The notes: generated from the sequence alone by a model not told the origin. Shown: positions 26,498-37,313, counted from the first letter of the stretch. The stretch is 64,000 nt of DNA from Pseudomonadota bacterium (GCA_049325255.1 JBMOMW010000057.1:3804-67803), one strand, 5' to 3'. Made by a program: numbers and translations.

Positions 26498-28681
26498 ATG
26501 ACTGATCATGCTCACCCACACGCGCATCATGGCGCCGCCGCCGCCGTGGCCCCTGGCGGCATGGCCAAAGACCCGATCTGCGGCATGGTGGTCAACAAGG
26601 CGGGGGCTGTTGCGGCCCATCTGACGTCAGAAAGAAGCGCGCGGATCTATTATTTTTGCAGTTCCGGCTGCAAAAGCACCTTTGAGGACCCGGAGCGCGA
26701 ACTTAAATCCATGCGGACGCGGGTCGCCGTCGCGCTGACCGGCGTGCTTGCATTGGCCATGTTGCGCGCGGGCGCATTCATCGTGCTCGCCACAGGCGCC
26801 ACCATCGTAAGTTGGGCGCCGATCCCGGCATTGCCCTGGTTCACCTGGGGGGTATGGTTGTTCATTCTGGTGACGCCGGTGCAATTCATCGGCGGCTGGG
26901 GATTCTATAAAGGCGCATGGGCGGCGCTGCGCTCTGGTTCCATCAATATGGATTTCCTGATCGCGCTCGGCACCAGTGTCGCCTATTTTTTCAGTGTCGC
27001 GGTGGTGTTCTTCCCGGATGTGCTTCCCGTGAAGGTGGATGAGCGGGAAGTTTATTTCGAGGTTTCGGCGGTCATCATCGCCTTTGTGCTGCTCGGCAAA
27101 TATATGGAGGAGATCATCAAGAAGCGATCCTCGGCGGCGGTGCGCAAGCTGATGGATCTGCGGCCCGCCGTCGCGCATGTGGTCCGCGACGGCAAGGAAG
27201 AGGAAATCCCCGCCGAGGCGATCATGGCGGGCGAGATTGTTGTGGTGCGCCCCGGCGAGCGCATTCCAACCGATGGCGACGTGCTGGAGGGTGCCTCAAG
27301 CGTGGACGAATCCATGCTTACGGGCGAATCCATGCCGGTGGAAAAAGCGCCGGGGGCCAAACTGATCGGCGGCACGCTGAACCGCAGCGGCATGCTGCGC
27401 TTCACGGCGACGCGCATCGGCAGGGAAACGGCGCTGGCGCAAATTATCAAGCTGGTGGAAGAGGCGCAGACCAGCACGGCGCAGGTGCAGCGCCTGGCTG
27501 ATCAGGTCACCGGATATTTCGTGCCCGCCGTGGTGGGGGTGGCCTTTCTGGCGTTCTTTGGCTGGTGGCTGGCCGGGGATTTTCCGCAGGCGCTGTTATC
27601 TTTCATTGCGGTGCTGATCATTTCGTGCCCCTGCGCGCTTGGGGTGGCGACGCCCGCTGCGCTGATGGTGGGGGTTGGCAAGGGGGCGGAGGCCGGCATT
27701 CTGATCCGCGGCGCCGAGGTGCTGGAGCGGGCGCGTAATTTGAACATGATCGTGTTCGACAAGACCGGAACCCTGACGCGGGGCGCGCCGGAAATTACCG
27801 ATATCGTGCCGTTTGGCGGGCAAAATGAAGCCGATGTGTTGCGGCTTGCGGCGGCGGTGGAGGTTGGCTCGGAGCATCCGCTGGGCGAGGCGATTGTGCG
27901 GGCGGCACAAATGCGCAGCCTGGCATTGCCCGCCGTCACCACATTTAACAGCATTGCGGGGCACGGCATTTCCGGGACTGTGGAGGGGCAGTCTATCCTG
28001 CTTGGCAATCGCCGCTTACTGTTACGGGAAAAAGTCAGCATCGAAAATGCCGAACCGGATATGATCCGGCTGGAGCGCGAAGGCAAAACCGCGATGCTGG
28101 TGGCGGCTGGCGGCGTGCTGATCGGCGTCATCGCGGTGGCCGACACCATCAAGCCCGAAGCAAAAGAGGCGGTGGCGGCGCTGCGCCAGGAGGGCATAGA
28201 GGTCATCATGCTGACCGGCGACAATGAACGCACGGCGCAGGCGATTGGCCGTGAACTTGGCATTGACCGGATCATCGCCGAGGTGCTGCCCGGCGACAAG
28301 GCGAAAATCATCAAAGACATGCAGGCGCAAAACAAAATGGTGGCCATGGTGGGCGATGGCGTGAATGACGCCCCCGCGCTGGCCACCGCCGATATCGGCA
28401 TCGCCATCGGTTCGGGCTCGGACGTCGCCAAGGAAACCGGCGGCATCATCCTGATCAAGAATGACGTGCGCGAGGTGGTGCTGGCGATCCGCCTGTCGCG
28501 CCTGACGCTGCGCAAGATCAAGCAGAACCTGTTCTGGGCGTTTGTCTACAACACAATCGGCATACCGGTTGCGGCGCTTGGATATCTGAACCCGATTATC
28601 GCGGCGGCGGCGATGGCGCTCAGCTCGCTTTCCGTCATCGCCAATTCGGCGCTGCTCAAGCGGGTGAGGTTGTCACTATGA
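26498..28681 (+). CDS. copA: copper-translocating P1B-type ATPase with N-terminal His-rich/YHS domain instead of a CxxC HMA domain
   Basis: CPC motif (ISCPCALG), [16 protein letters not shown]-terminus HAHPHAHHG...DPICGMVV...YYFCSSGCK is a YHS/TRASH motif. RBS AAAAGGAG lies before the ATG at 26498. Confidence 0.9.
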   Translation: MTDHAHPHAHHGAAAAVAPGGMAKDPICGMVVNKAGAVAAHLTSERSARIYYFCSSGCKSTFEDPERELKSMRTRVAVALTGVLALAMLRAGAFIVLATGATIVSWAPIPALPWFTWGVWLFILVTPVQFIGGWGFYKGAWAALRSGSINMDFLIALGTSVAYFFSVAVVFFPDVLPVKVDEREVYFEVSAVIIAFVLLGKYMEEIIKKRSSAAVRKLMDLRPAVAHVVRDGKEEEIPAEAIMAGEIVVVRPGERIPTDGDVLEGASSVDESMLTGESMPVEKAPGAKLIGGTLNRSGMLRFTATRIGRETALAQIIKLVEEAQTSTAQVQRLADQVTGYFVPAVVGVAFLAFFGWWLAGDFPQALLSFIAVLIISCPCALGVATPAALMVGVGKGAEAGILIRGAEVLERARNLNMIVFDKTGTLTRGAPEITDIVPFGGQNEADVLRLAAAVEVGSEHPLGEAIVRAAQMRSLALPAVTTFNSIAGHGISGTVEGQSILLGNRRLLLREKVSIENAEPDMIRLEREGKTAMLVAAGGVLIGVIAVADTIKPEAKEAVAALRQEGIEVIMLTGDNERTAQAIGRELGIDRIIAEVLPGDKAKIIKDMQAQNKMVAMVGDGVNDAPALATADIGIAIGSGSDVAKETGGIILIKNDVREVVLAIRLSRLTLRKIKQNLFWAFVYNTIGIPVAALGYLNPIIAAAAMALSSLSVIANSALLKRVRLSL

Positions 28682-28721
28682 TCCGCGATCATCCCGGTGT
28701 GATCGGGCTGGAGGCTGATGC

Positions 28722-29088
28722 ATGAAATCGCCGCTGCTGGCGCTACCCGGAAATGGGGCTATCAGCGAGCGCCTTACGGCGGCGCTCGTGGAGGAATATG
28801 CCGCTCCTGAAATCCGCCAATTTCCATATGGTGAGATCCATGTACGGCTCACCACCAATCTGGAGGCGCCCCCGGGTGGGTGTCCATGGCCTGTTCGCCG
28901 GTAAGGCCTATGACGAACTGTTTGCTACGGGCGCCAGGAAAATCGCGACCTGCAATACGGTTGCACATCCCAGCAACGCTATTGATGTTAAGGCGCTGAT
29001 TGCCGGAGCGGCGGAAGAATTATTGAAAGAACAGAAAACTAACAGCAGTTGCCCCATGTTAAGAGGTAATATTTTTGACCAGGTTTAG
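28722..29088 (+). pseudogene. remnant of a ribose-phosphate pyrophosphokinase-like gene (internal deletion plus frameshift)
   Basis: Frame 1 gives MKSPLLALPGNGAISERLTAALVEEYAAPEIRQFPYGEIHVRL, matching the N-terminus of the intact prs-like gene at 45133-46113. A second frame gives VHGLFAGKAYDEL...KIATCNTV...IAGAAEELL, matching its C-terminus. The central ~230 codons are missing. Confidence 0.55.
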
Positions 29089-29121
29089 GTGCTGCACACT
29101 GGCAAAACACAAGGAGATGAG

Positions 29122-31485
29122 ATGACGGCTATACCCGGCCCAGCAGAATTGGCGGCCCTCGACGCCTATTGGCGGGCGGCGAATTATTTGTCCGCCGGGC
29201 AGATTTATCTGCTCGATAACCCGCTGCTGCGCCAGCCGTTGACGCTTGAACATATCAAGCCGCGTTTGCTGGGGCATTGGGGCACTGTGCCGGGTTTGAA
29301 TTTTATTTACGCGCATCTGAACCGGATCATCCGGCGGGACGATCTTGATATGATTTATGTGACCGGGCCGGGGCACGGTGCGCCGGGTATTCTCGCCAAT
29401 GTCTATCTGGAGGGAACCTATAGCGCGTTCTACCCGGAAATCTCGCAGGACGAAGAGGGGTTGCGGAAATTTTTCCGGCAGTTTTCGTTTCCCGGCGGCA
29501 TCCCCAGCCATACCGCGCCAGAAACGCCGGGATCGATCCATGAGGGCGGGGAACTGGGCTATGCCCTGTCGCATGCCTATGGCGCGGCGTTCGATAATCC
29601 CGGTCTGATTGTGGCCTGTGTGGTGGGTGACGGCGAGGCTGAAACCGGGCCGCTCGCCACCGCATGGCATTCGAATAAATTCCTCAATCCGGCGCGCGAC
29701 GGCGCAGTGCTGCCGATCCTGCATCTCAATGGTTACAAGATCGCCAATCCCACGGTGCTTGCCCGCATCCCGCAGGCGGAACTGGAAAGCCTGTTCATCG
29801 GCTATGGCTATGAACCCTATATCATTGAAGGCAGTGATCCGACGCTTATGCATCAGCACATGGCCGAAATCATGGATAAGGTCATTGCACAGATCAAAAC
29901 CATCCAGCATGACGCGCGCGTAAATGGCGTGCGCGAGCGCCCGCGCTGGCCGGTGATTATTCTGCGCACTCCCAAGGGATGGACCGGCCCGAAGCAGGTG
30001 GATGGATTAAAGACCGAGGGATATTGGCGCTCGCATCAGGTGCCGGTGGCGGAACTGGCAAAAAAGCCGGGACATGTCGCGCTATTGGAACAATGGCTGC
30101 AAAGCTATCGTCCGCAGGAATTGTTTGATGAAACCGGACGTTTGCTGCCAGCCCTTGCGGCGCTGGCGCCTTCGGGCGCGCGGCGGATGGGCGCCAATCC
30201 GCATGCCAATGGCGGTCTGCTGCTGAAAAGCCTGAAGCTGCCGGACTTTCGCGATTATGCTGTCAAGGTGGTGACACCGGGGGAAGCAGAAGGCGAATCA
30301 ACCCGTGTCATGGGCAATTATTTGCGCGATGTAATGAAAGATAATCTCGCCACGCAGAATTTCCGCGTCTTTGGCCCCGATGAGACCGCATCGAACCGGC
30401 TGGGCGCACTGTTCGAGGTAACCGATCGCGCCTGGATGGGCGAACGCGATGCCGAAGACGATCATCTGGGGCCGGACGGCCGCGTCATGGAAATCCTGAG
30501 CGAGCATACCTGTCAGGGCTGGCTGGAAGGTTATCTGCTGACCGGGCGGCATGGGCTGTTTTCCAGCTATGAGGCGTTCGTGCATATTGTCGATTCGATG
30601 TTCAACCAGCACGCCAAATGGCTGAAGGTCAGCAGCGCCAGCATTGCCTGGCGGCGGCCGATTGCATCGCTGAATTACCTGCTGACTTCGCATGTCTGGC
30701 GCCAGGACCATAATGGTTTCAGCCATCAGGATCCGGGTTTCATCGACCATGTGGTGAACAAATCCGCCGATGTGGTGCGGGTGTATTTCCCGCCCGACGC
30801 CAATACGCTGTTATGGGTCACGGACCACTGCCTGCGCAGCCGCAATCTGGTGAATGTCATTGTCGCGGGTAAACAGAAGCAGCCGCAATGGCTGGATATG
30901 GAGGCGGCGATTTTACATTGCCAGGCCGGCGTCAGCATCTGGGAATGGGCCAGTACCGACCGGGACGCCGAACCGGATGTGGTGCTGGCCTGTTGCGGCG
31001 ACGTGCCGACGCTGGAGGTTTTGGCCGCCGTCGAGATTTTGCGCACCCATCTGCCGGAACTGAAAATCCGCGTCGTCAACATCATCGATCTGATGCGCCT
31101 GCAACCGCCCGAAGAACATCCAAACGGCCTGCCGGACGCCGAGTTCGACACGCTGTTCACCACGGACAAGCCGGTCATCCTTGCCTATCACGGCTATCCC
31201 TGGCTGATCCACCGTCTGACATACCGGCGCACCAATCACGGCAATCTGCATGTGCGCGGCTACAAGGAGGAAGGCACAACGACAACCCCGTTCGACATGG
31301 TGGTGCGCAACGATATTGACCGCTATCACCTGGTCGAGGACGTGATTGACCGGGTACCGGGGCTGGGCTACCGGGCGGCCTATCTGCGCCAGTTAGTTGG
31401 CGAGAAACTGATCGCGCATAAGGACTATATCGCGCGGCACGGCGATGACATGCCGGAAGTGCGCGACTGGAAATGGACGTGCTGA
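29122..31485 (+). CDS. xfp: phosphoketolase (xylulose-5-P/fructose-6-P phosphoketolase)
   Basis: N-terminal [27 protein letters not shown] and [15 protein letters not shown](A)FDNP are hallmark XFP motifs. RBS AAGGAG at 29111. Confidence 0.9.
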   Translation: MTAIPGPAELAALDAYWRAANYLSAGQIYLLDNPLLRQPLTLEHIKPRLLGHWGTVPGLNFIYAHLNRIIRRDDLDMIYVTGPGHGAPGILANVYLEGTYSAFYPEISQDEEGLRKFFRQFSFPGGIPSHTAPETPGSIHEGGELGYALSHAYGAAFDNPGLIVACVVGDGEAETGPLATAWHSNKFLNPARDGAVLPILHLNGYKIANPTVLARIPQAELESLFIGYGYEPYIIEGSDPTLMHQHMAEIMDKVIAQIKTIQHDARVNGVRERPRWPVIILRTPKGWTGPKQVDGLKTEGYWRSHQVPVAELAKKPGHVALLEQWLQSYRPQELFDETGRLLPALAALAPSGARRMGANPHANGGLLLKSLKLPDFRDYAVKVVTPGEAEGESTRVMGNYLRDVMKDNLATQNFRVFGPDETASNRLGALFEVTDRAWMGERDAEDDHLGPDGRVMEILSEHTCQGWLEGYLLTGRHGLFSSYEAFVHIVDSMFNQHAKWLKVSSASIAWRRPIASLNYLLTSHVWRQDHNGFSHQDPGFIDHVVNKSADVVRVYFPPDANTLLWVTDHCLRSRNLVNVIVAGKQKQPQWLDMEAAILHCQAGVSIWEWASTDRDAEPDVVLACCGDVPTLEVLAAVEILRTHLPELKIRVVNIIDLMRLQPPEEHPNGLPDAEFDTLFTTDKPVILAYHGYPWLIHRLTYRRTNHGNLHVRGYKEEGTTTTPFDMVVRNDIDRYHLVEDVIDRVPGLGYRAAYLRQLVGEKLIAHKDYIARHGDDMPEVRDWKWTC

Positions 31486-31500
31486 GATGGCTATGGCTGC

Positions 31501-32611
31501 ATGAATATTCTGACGATTAATGCAGGCAGTTCCTCTGTCCGTTTTGAATTGTTCACAGTAGTTGATGACGTTCCGCAATCGTTGGGACAGGCAATGTCGG
31601 CGGCAGGTGATCCAACCACTCTGTTCGCGCAGTTGGCGGCAGAAGCGGGGCTGGGGATAGAACCACCGTCCGCCGTCGCCCATCGCTGGGTGCATGGCGG
31701 ACCACAGGTGCGCAAGGCGGCGTTGATCGACGCGAATATAGAAGCGGCGCTTGCACAGGCCGCGCCTCTGGCGCCGCTGCATGCGCCCGCAAGCCTGGCC
31801 TGGCTTGCCCATTGCCGCACAATCATGGGGCCAGATGTGCGCCAGATTGTCGTTCCTGACACAGCGTATTTCGCCAGCATGCCGGATGTTGCAGCTAATT
31901 ACGCCTTGCCGCGGGAACTTTCCGCGCTGCACGGCCTTCGCCGTTACGGCTTTCATGGTCTGGCGCATCAGTCCCATGGTCACCCAATGGCTTGCCAGCC
32001 GTGGCGGCGATTTTGGCGATGCAAAGGTGATTTCATTGCAATTGGGTGCAGGGTGTTCCATCACCGCGAGCCGTGGTGGCGCGCCCGTGGACACCTCGAT
32101 GGGCTTCACGCCGCTGGAAGGCCTGGTCATGGCCACCCGCGCGGGCGATGTGGATGCGGGTTTGCTGTTTTATCTGCAACGCGAAGCAGGGATCGATGCA
32201 GCGCAACTGGAAACGCTTTTACAAAAGGAATCGGGACTGCTCGGCCTTTCGGGCGTCAGTGGAGACATGCGGGTTCTGCTCGCCGCTGACAAGTCCGCGG
32301 CAAAAAGCGCCATTGCGCTTTATTGCTATCGCGCGAAAAAATATATTGGCGCCTATCTTGCGGTGCTGGGCGGCGCCGACGCTGTGCTGTTTGGCGGCGG
32401 CGTTGGTGAGAACAGCCCGGAAATCCGTGCGCGCATACTTGCAGGAATGGGATGGTGCGGCCTTAAGCTCGACACCGCCGCAAATCAGGCGCCAAAGTTG
32501 CAAGGCGGACGTATCAGCACCGCCAATAGCAAAATCGAAATCGCCGTGATCCGCGTCGATGAAGCGCACATCATGGCGCAAGCCGCCGCTGATCTGCTAC
32601 GGGGAAAGTAA
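31501..32611 (+). CDS. ackA: acetate kinase, interrupted by a +1 frameshift near 31975-31985 (pseudogene or sequencing error)
   Basis: ORF 31501-32289 matches the AckA N-terminus (MNILTINAGSSSVRF..., RYGFHGLAHQ) and then loses similarity. ORF 31751-32611 in the next frame continues VTQWLASRGG...ISLQLGAGCSI...SMGFTPLEGLVMATRAGDVD...GGGVGENS. Confidence 0.7.
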
Positions 32612-32741
32612 TAACCGCCCCCGGCGCCGCTCCCTCTCCCACGCCATGAAACCGCAAGAACAAGGGTATCAGCGGCGAATAGACCGTATACGGAAGGCGT
32701 TTGTGAAGGGAGAAGATCGCAGTTAAATCTATTTTTTGCTG

Positions 32742-32755
32742 TTGATTTGCATCAA
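32742..32755. promoter_or_regulatory. perfect FNR box TTGATTTGCATCAA upstream of the MBL/beta-CASP gene
   Basis: Read directly. Identical 14-mer to the box at 44038. Confidence 0.6.
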
Positions 32756-32859
32756 GGAGCCAATTGCCGCTAACCTGTTATTTGTATAATCGTTGGGGTT
32801 ATAGGAAAGGGACAAATGGCGGTGACATATGAAATAGCCGGTATGATTCCAGCGCCAAC

Positions 32860-34251
32860 ATGACGCATCTCAACTTTCTTGGCGGTGTTGGAACTGTCAC
32901 TGGATCAAAATATCTGCTTGAGGCGGCCGGCCGGAAAATCCTCATTGATTGCGGGTTGTTTCAGGGGCTGAAGCAATTGCGGCTGCGCAACTGGGACAAG
33001 TTCCCGGTCAATCCCGCCCGGATCGATGCGGTGGTGCTGACCCATGCGCATCTTGATCATTCGGGCTATCTTCCGCTGCTCGTTAAAAACGGTTTCAGGG
33101 GGCCCGTGTTTTGTACGTCCGGCACCCGGGATTTGTGCGGCATCCTGCTGCCAGACTCAGGATATCTGATGGAACGCGACGCAGATTTCGCCAACCGGCA
33201 TGGTTTCTCCAAACACAAACCCGCATTGCCGCTATATACGGAGAAAGAAGCGCGCGCCTGCCTTGAGCAACTCGTTACAAAGAAATTTAACCGGCATTTT
33301 GATGTGACCCCTGAAATACAGGCCCAGTTCCATCCGGCGGGACATATTCTCGGCGCGGCGATCGTCACGCTCACCATAAACAAAACGAGGCTGGTCTTTT
33401 CCGGCGATCTTGGCAGGACCGGTGATCCGATCATGCACGATCCGGCGCATATTGCGCAGGCGGATTATCTGGTTGTTGAATCTACCTATGGCGACCGGAC
33501 GCACGAACCAGCCGATCCGCAGGATGCGCTGGCCGAAGTGATCGCCGCCACGGCGCAGCGCGGCGGTGTAATTCTGATCCCGACATTTGCCGTCGGACGG
33601 GCGCAGACACTGCTCTATCATCTGGAACAGCTCAAACGCGCGCGCCGCATCCCGGATCTGCCCGTCTATCTCGATAGCCCCATGGCGGTGAATGCAAGTG
33701 ACGTATTTTGCAACTATTTCGGCGAACATAGGTTGAATGCGGAACAGTGCCGTTCGCTGTGCGGCGTGGCGCGCTATGTGCGGGACGCCGAAGAATCAAA
33801 AAGCCTTGACCGGGACAAGATGCCAAAGGTGATCCTCGCGGCGAGCGGCATGGCGACCGGTGGCCGCGTCCTGCATCATCTCAAGGTCTTTGCGCCCGAT
33901 CCGCGCAACACGATCCTGTTTACAGGTTTTCAGGCTGCCGGAACCAGAGGCGCGGCGATGATGGCGGGGGCGCAAAGCGTCAAAATCCACGGCGGCTATG
34001 TACCGGTTCTGGCGGAGGTGAAAAATCTCCGGATGCTTTCGGCGCATGCGGACCGCCCGGAAATCCTGACCTGGCTCAGGCATTTTGACAGACCGCCACG
34101 CATGACATTTATCACCCATGGCGAACCGGTGGCGTCCGATGCGCTGCGGCTTGCGATTGAAGAACAGTTCAAATGGACCACGCGCGTGCCCGAGCATATG
34201 GAACGCGCTACGCTAGAGAACATTGAGCACACGCATGTCAAATCCACATAA
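32860..34251 (+). CDS. MBL-fold metallo-hydrolase with beta-CASP/RNA-metabolising domain (RNase J/CPSF-like)
   Basis: HAHLDHSG motif, beta-CASP region, C-terminal RMMBL-like segment. 463 aa. Confidence 0.8.
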   Translation: MTHLNFLGGVGTVTGSKYLLEAAGRKILIDCGLFQGLKQLRLRNWDKFPVNPARIDAVVLTHAHLDHSGYLPLLVKNGFRGPVFCTSGTRDLCGILLPDSGYLMERDADFANRHGFSKHKPALPLYTEKEARACLEQLVTKKFNRHFDVTPEIQAQFHPAGHILGAAIVTLTINKTRLVFSGDLGRTGDPIMHDPAHIAQADYLVVESTYGDRTHEPADPQDALAEVIAATAQRGGVILIPTFAVGRAQTLLYHLEQLKRARRIPDLPVYLDSPMAVNASDVFCNYFGEHRLNAEQCRSLCGVARYVRDAEESKSLDRDKMPKVILAASGMATGGRVLHHLKVFAPDPRNTILFTGFQAAGTRGAAMMAGAQSVKIHGGYVPVLAEVKNLRMLSAHADRPEILTWLRHFDRPPRMTFITHGEPVASDALRLAIEEQFKWTTRVPEHMERATLENIEHTHVKST

Positions 34252-35770
34252 TCTTCCCGGACATGCGCGGCCGCACACGCTACGCCTGCGGCGGCTGGGT
34301 ATCGACACGCATCAGGAGCTTGTCGTTTATATGCGGCAGGATTGTCATATCTGCCGGTCTGAAGGTTTTGCGGCGCAGGCGCGCATCCAGGTGACAGCCA
34401 ACGGCCACAGCATCATTGCAACACTGGGCAAGATCACCAGTGATTTGCTGGGTCATGGCGAGGCAAGCCTGTCTGAAAGCGCGTGGCGGCTGCTGGGGGT
34501 GGCGGAGGGCAGTGAGATTTCGTTCGCGCATCCGCCGCTTGTTGAATCGCTTGGCCTGATGCGGGGCAAAATCTATGGGCAGCGTCTGGATACGCGCGCC
34601 GCGCAGCAGATCATTCAGGACATTGTTGCGGGCCGCTATGCGGATGTGCATCTGTCCGCCTTTATCACGGCCTGTTCGGGGCGCGCCCTGAACCGCAACG
34701 AGATGGCCGCACTGACCAAGGCGATGGTTACAACAGGAAGCAGGCTGGACTGGGGAAACCAGCCGATTGCCGACAAACATTGTATTGGCGGCCTGCCAGG
34801 CAACCGCACAACGCCGATCGTGGTGGCGATTGCGGCGGCCTGCGGGCTTATCATCCCAAAAACCTCTTCACGGGCGATCACCTCTCCGGCGGGAACGGCG
34901 GATACGATGGAGACGCTGACCACCGTTGATCTGGATGTGGCCGCCATGCGCCGCGTGGTGGAGCAGGAGGGCGGCTGCATGGTCTGGGGCGGGGCTGTCG
35001 ATCTTAGTCCGGCCGATGATATTTTAATCCGTGTAGAGCGGATGCTTGATCTGGACAGTGAAGGTCAACTGGTTGCCTCTGTGCTGTCCAAGAAAATTGC
35101 CGCAGGCGCCACCCATGTGGTGCTTGATCTGCCCGTCGGACCAACCGCAAAACTGCGGACCATCACCGACGGGCATCATCTGACGAGCGCCCTGCGCGGC
35201 GTGGCCGAGGCCATGGGTCTGCATGTGCGTGTGACTGTAACGGATGGAACACAGCCGGTAGGGCGCGGCATTGGCCCCTCACTGGAGGCGCGTGACGTGC
35301 TGGCGGTGTTGCGCAATGATCCATCGGCGCCACAGGATCTGAGAGATCGCGCCGTCGATCTGGCGGCAATCCTGCTGGAGCTGGTGTTGCAGCTTTCTGC
35401 CAGAGAGGCCCTGGCCAAAGCCACGGAGGCGTTGCGCGATGGCAGCGCATGGCGGAAATTTGAGGCGATCTGCATGGCGCAGGGTGGCCTGCGCGAACCG
35501 CCACAGGCCACCCATAAACATCCGGTTCTGGCCGCGCATTCGGGTACGGTCACAAATATTGATAATCGCGTCCTGGCGAAAATCGCCAAGCTCGCAGGCG
35601 CGCCAAGCGCCAAGGCGGCGGGCCTTGAATTTCATACACCACTTGGCACGCAGGTTGCGGCAGGCATGCCGCTCTATACGGTGCATGCGCAATCCAGGGG
35701 TGAACTCGCCTATGCGCTTGACTATGTCCGCGCGCATCCCGGCGTAATCCGGCTGGAGGCCGACGCCTGA
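34223..35770 (+). CDS. thymidine phosphorylase-family protein (AMP phosphorylase-like, about 500-aa type)
   Basis: Glycosyl-transferase family 3 motifs (DKHCIGGLPGNRTTPIVVAIAAACG, SSRAITSPAGTADTMETL). Overlaps the MBL gene 3' end, suggesting an operon. Confidence 0.8.
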   Translation: MSTRMSNPHNLPGHARPHTLRLRRLGIDTHQELVVYMRQDCHICRSEGFAAQARIQVTANGHSIIATLGKITSDLLGHGEASLSESAWRLLGVAEGSEISFAHPPLVESLGLMRGKIYGQRLDTRAAQQIIQDIVAGRYADVHLSAFITACSGRALNRNEMAALTKAMVTTGSRLDWGNQPIADKHCIGGLPGNRTTPIVVAIAAACGLIIPKTSSRAITSPAGTADTMETLTTVDLDVAAMRRVVEQEGGCMVWGGAVDLSPADDILIRVERMLDLDSEGQLVASVLSKKIAAGATHVVLDLPVGPTAKLRTITDGHHLTSALRGVAEAMGLHVRVTVTDGTQPVGRGIGPSLEARDVLAVLRNDPSAPQDLRDRAVDLAAILLELVLQLSAREALAKATEALRDGSAWRKFEAICMAQGGLREPPQATHKHPVLAAHSGTVTNIDNRVLAKIAKLAGAPSAKAAGLEFHTPLGTQVAAGMPLYTVHAQSRGELAYALDYVRAHPGVIRLEADA

Positions 35771-35788
35771 AACTGTTGCAGGATTTTA

Positions 35789-35802
35789 TTTGACCCAGAT
35801 CA
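35789..35802. promoter_or_regulatory. FNR/FixK-type box TTGACccagATCAA upstream of the nitroreductase gene
   Basis: Read directly, about 130 nt upstream of 35931. Confidence 0.5.
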
Positions 35803-35930
35803 AATCCGCAGACCAGATCATGTATTAGGCTGCCCTTGTCGTAGGGAGGAATTCTTTATGCCGGCTCCATCCGTATTTTTTGATATTTCCAGCAGAACGC
35901 GGCGGTCTGTTCGCATGAAAAGTTCAGGAC

Positions 35931-36542
35931 ATGAATAAATCTTCGTTTGCGCCCAATCACCCCAATAATCCGATGAGCGTGATGGACGCAATTTATCATC
36001 GCCGCTCGGTGCGCGATTACACGCCTGAGAAAGTCAGCGAGGCCAGCATCCATATGCTGATGTACGCGGCCATCCAGGCGCCCACCGCCATGCATGAGGA
36101 ACCGTGGGCTTTTGCTGTTATTCAGGACCGGCACTTGCTGGACCGTCTGTCTGAAACCGCCAAGCGGACAATATGGCTGCAGGCGCAAGGCGAGGAAAAT
36201 TCAGGGCTGGCGCGACGCTCCGTAAATATTATCAGCGATCCGTCATACAATGTTTTCTATAATGCGGGCGCGCTGATTGTTATTTATGGCAAGCCGCTGG
36301 GGCCGTTCGTGGCTGCCGATTGCTGGCTTGCGGCGGAAAATCTGATGCTTGCCGCATGCGCCGCCGGACTTGGAACGTGCGTGATCGGTCTTGCCGTGCC
36401 GGCGCTCAATACACCCGAATGGAAGAATCTGCTGGATATTCCATTGGAAATGACGGCCCATGCGCCAATTCTGCTGGGCTATCCGGCCGGTACGCCACCA
36501 CCACCCGCCCGTAAATCTCCGGAAATGATATGCTGGAAATAA
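35931..36542 (+). CDS. nitroreductase-family protein
   Basis: Nitroreductase fold similarity (IYHRRSVRDY..., conserved C-terminal GxxGxG-like region). 203 aa. Confidence 0.8.
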   Translation: MNKSSFAPNHPNNPMSVMDAIYHRRSVRDYTPEKVSEASIHMLMYAAIQAPTAMHEEPWAFAVIQDRHLLDRLSETAKRTIWLQAQGEENSGLARRSVNIISDPSYNVFYNAGALIVIYGKPLGPFVAADCWLAAENLMLAACAAGLGTCVIGLAVPALNTPEWKNLLDIPLEMTAHAPILLGYPAGTPPPPARKSPEMICWK

Positions 36543-36557
36543 ATATTCCGGAATTGG

Positions 36558-37313
36558 TCAGCCGCTGTGCCTTATGTGTTTATCCAGCTTTTCATGCAGC
36601 ACACGGTGTGTTCCGCATTCATCAGCCATTGAGCATTCGCCGCACGCAAAGTTATCGGCCTTGCGCATATCCTGGATGGAGACGTGCGTGCCAGCAACCG
36701 TAATCCCGTGATCCCGCAGGGTTTGCAGCGTGCGCGAGAAAGTTTCCTTTTTGATCCGCAGACGCGAGGCGATCAGGGTTTTCGTGTAAGGCAATTCAAA
36801 CCCGTGCGGGTCGAAATTATACAGCACACAGAGCTTCTGAAGATAGCATGCGACCATCTGCGATGCGGACATGGTGGTAAGCTGTTCCGCCTCGAGCTGT
36901 GTGCCATGCAACCGGTCGGCGATGCTTGCCAGCAGTTTCTCCGCCATATGGTCGAAATCCTTGATATGCTCGCGCATCCAGGAAATCGGGATTTCGAGTA
37001 GTGAGCAATCTTCCACTGCGCGGGCATTCATCTGATGCGCGTCCTGACGGGCAAGCACTTCATCGGCATTGATGCTGTCCCCGGCTATCAGAATATTGCT
37101 GGTGACTTCGTGTCCGCCCGGCGTCTCACGGAAGATTTGCATGGCGCCCCGGCAGATCACATAAAAATGGGTGATCTTGTCCCCGTGCATAAACAGGCAC
37201 TGTCCGCGTTTGCAGATGATGATCCGGCTGTTGCAAACCAGCAGGTCGCCGTCCGCCCTGCTGATATCCGAAAACAGGGGAAGCGCCTGAAGTGTATCCA
37301 ATGCGGTAGTCAT
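36558..37313 (-). CDS. Crp/Fnr-family transcriptional regulator (paralog 2) with C-terminal CxxC-x5-C-x2-H extension
   Basis: About 80% aa identity to 14126-14881. Same E--SR HTH (ETFSRTLQTLRD). C-terminal FACGECSMADECGTH. Confidence 0.85.
   Translation of the reverse strand: MTTALDTLQALPLFSDISRADGDLLVCNSRIIICKRGQCLFMHGDKITHFYVICRGAMQIFRETPGGHEVTSNILIAGDSINADEVLARQDAHQMNARAVEDCSLLEIPISWMREHIKDFDHMAEKLLASIADRLHGTQLEAEQLTTMSASQMVACYLQKLCVLYNFDPHGFELPYTKTLIASRLRIKKETFSRTLQTLRDHGITVAGTHVSIQDMRKADNFACGECSMADECGTHRVLHEKLDKHIRHSG

Noticed and set aside
27502-28521. 339-aa minus-strand ORF inside the Cu-ATPase gene
   Set aside because: Antisense to a gene with unambiguous P-type ATPase motifs. Low-complexity Ser/Ala/Thr-rich translation typical of a GC-rich antisense frame.
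28683-28695. Palindrome TGATCcgcGATCA just after the Cu-ATPase stop codon, considered as another FNR box
   Set aside because: Half-sites and spacing do not fit TTGAT-N4-ATCAA. More likely part of a weak terminator or chance symmetry.
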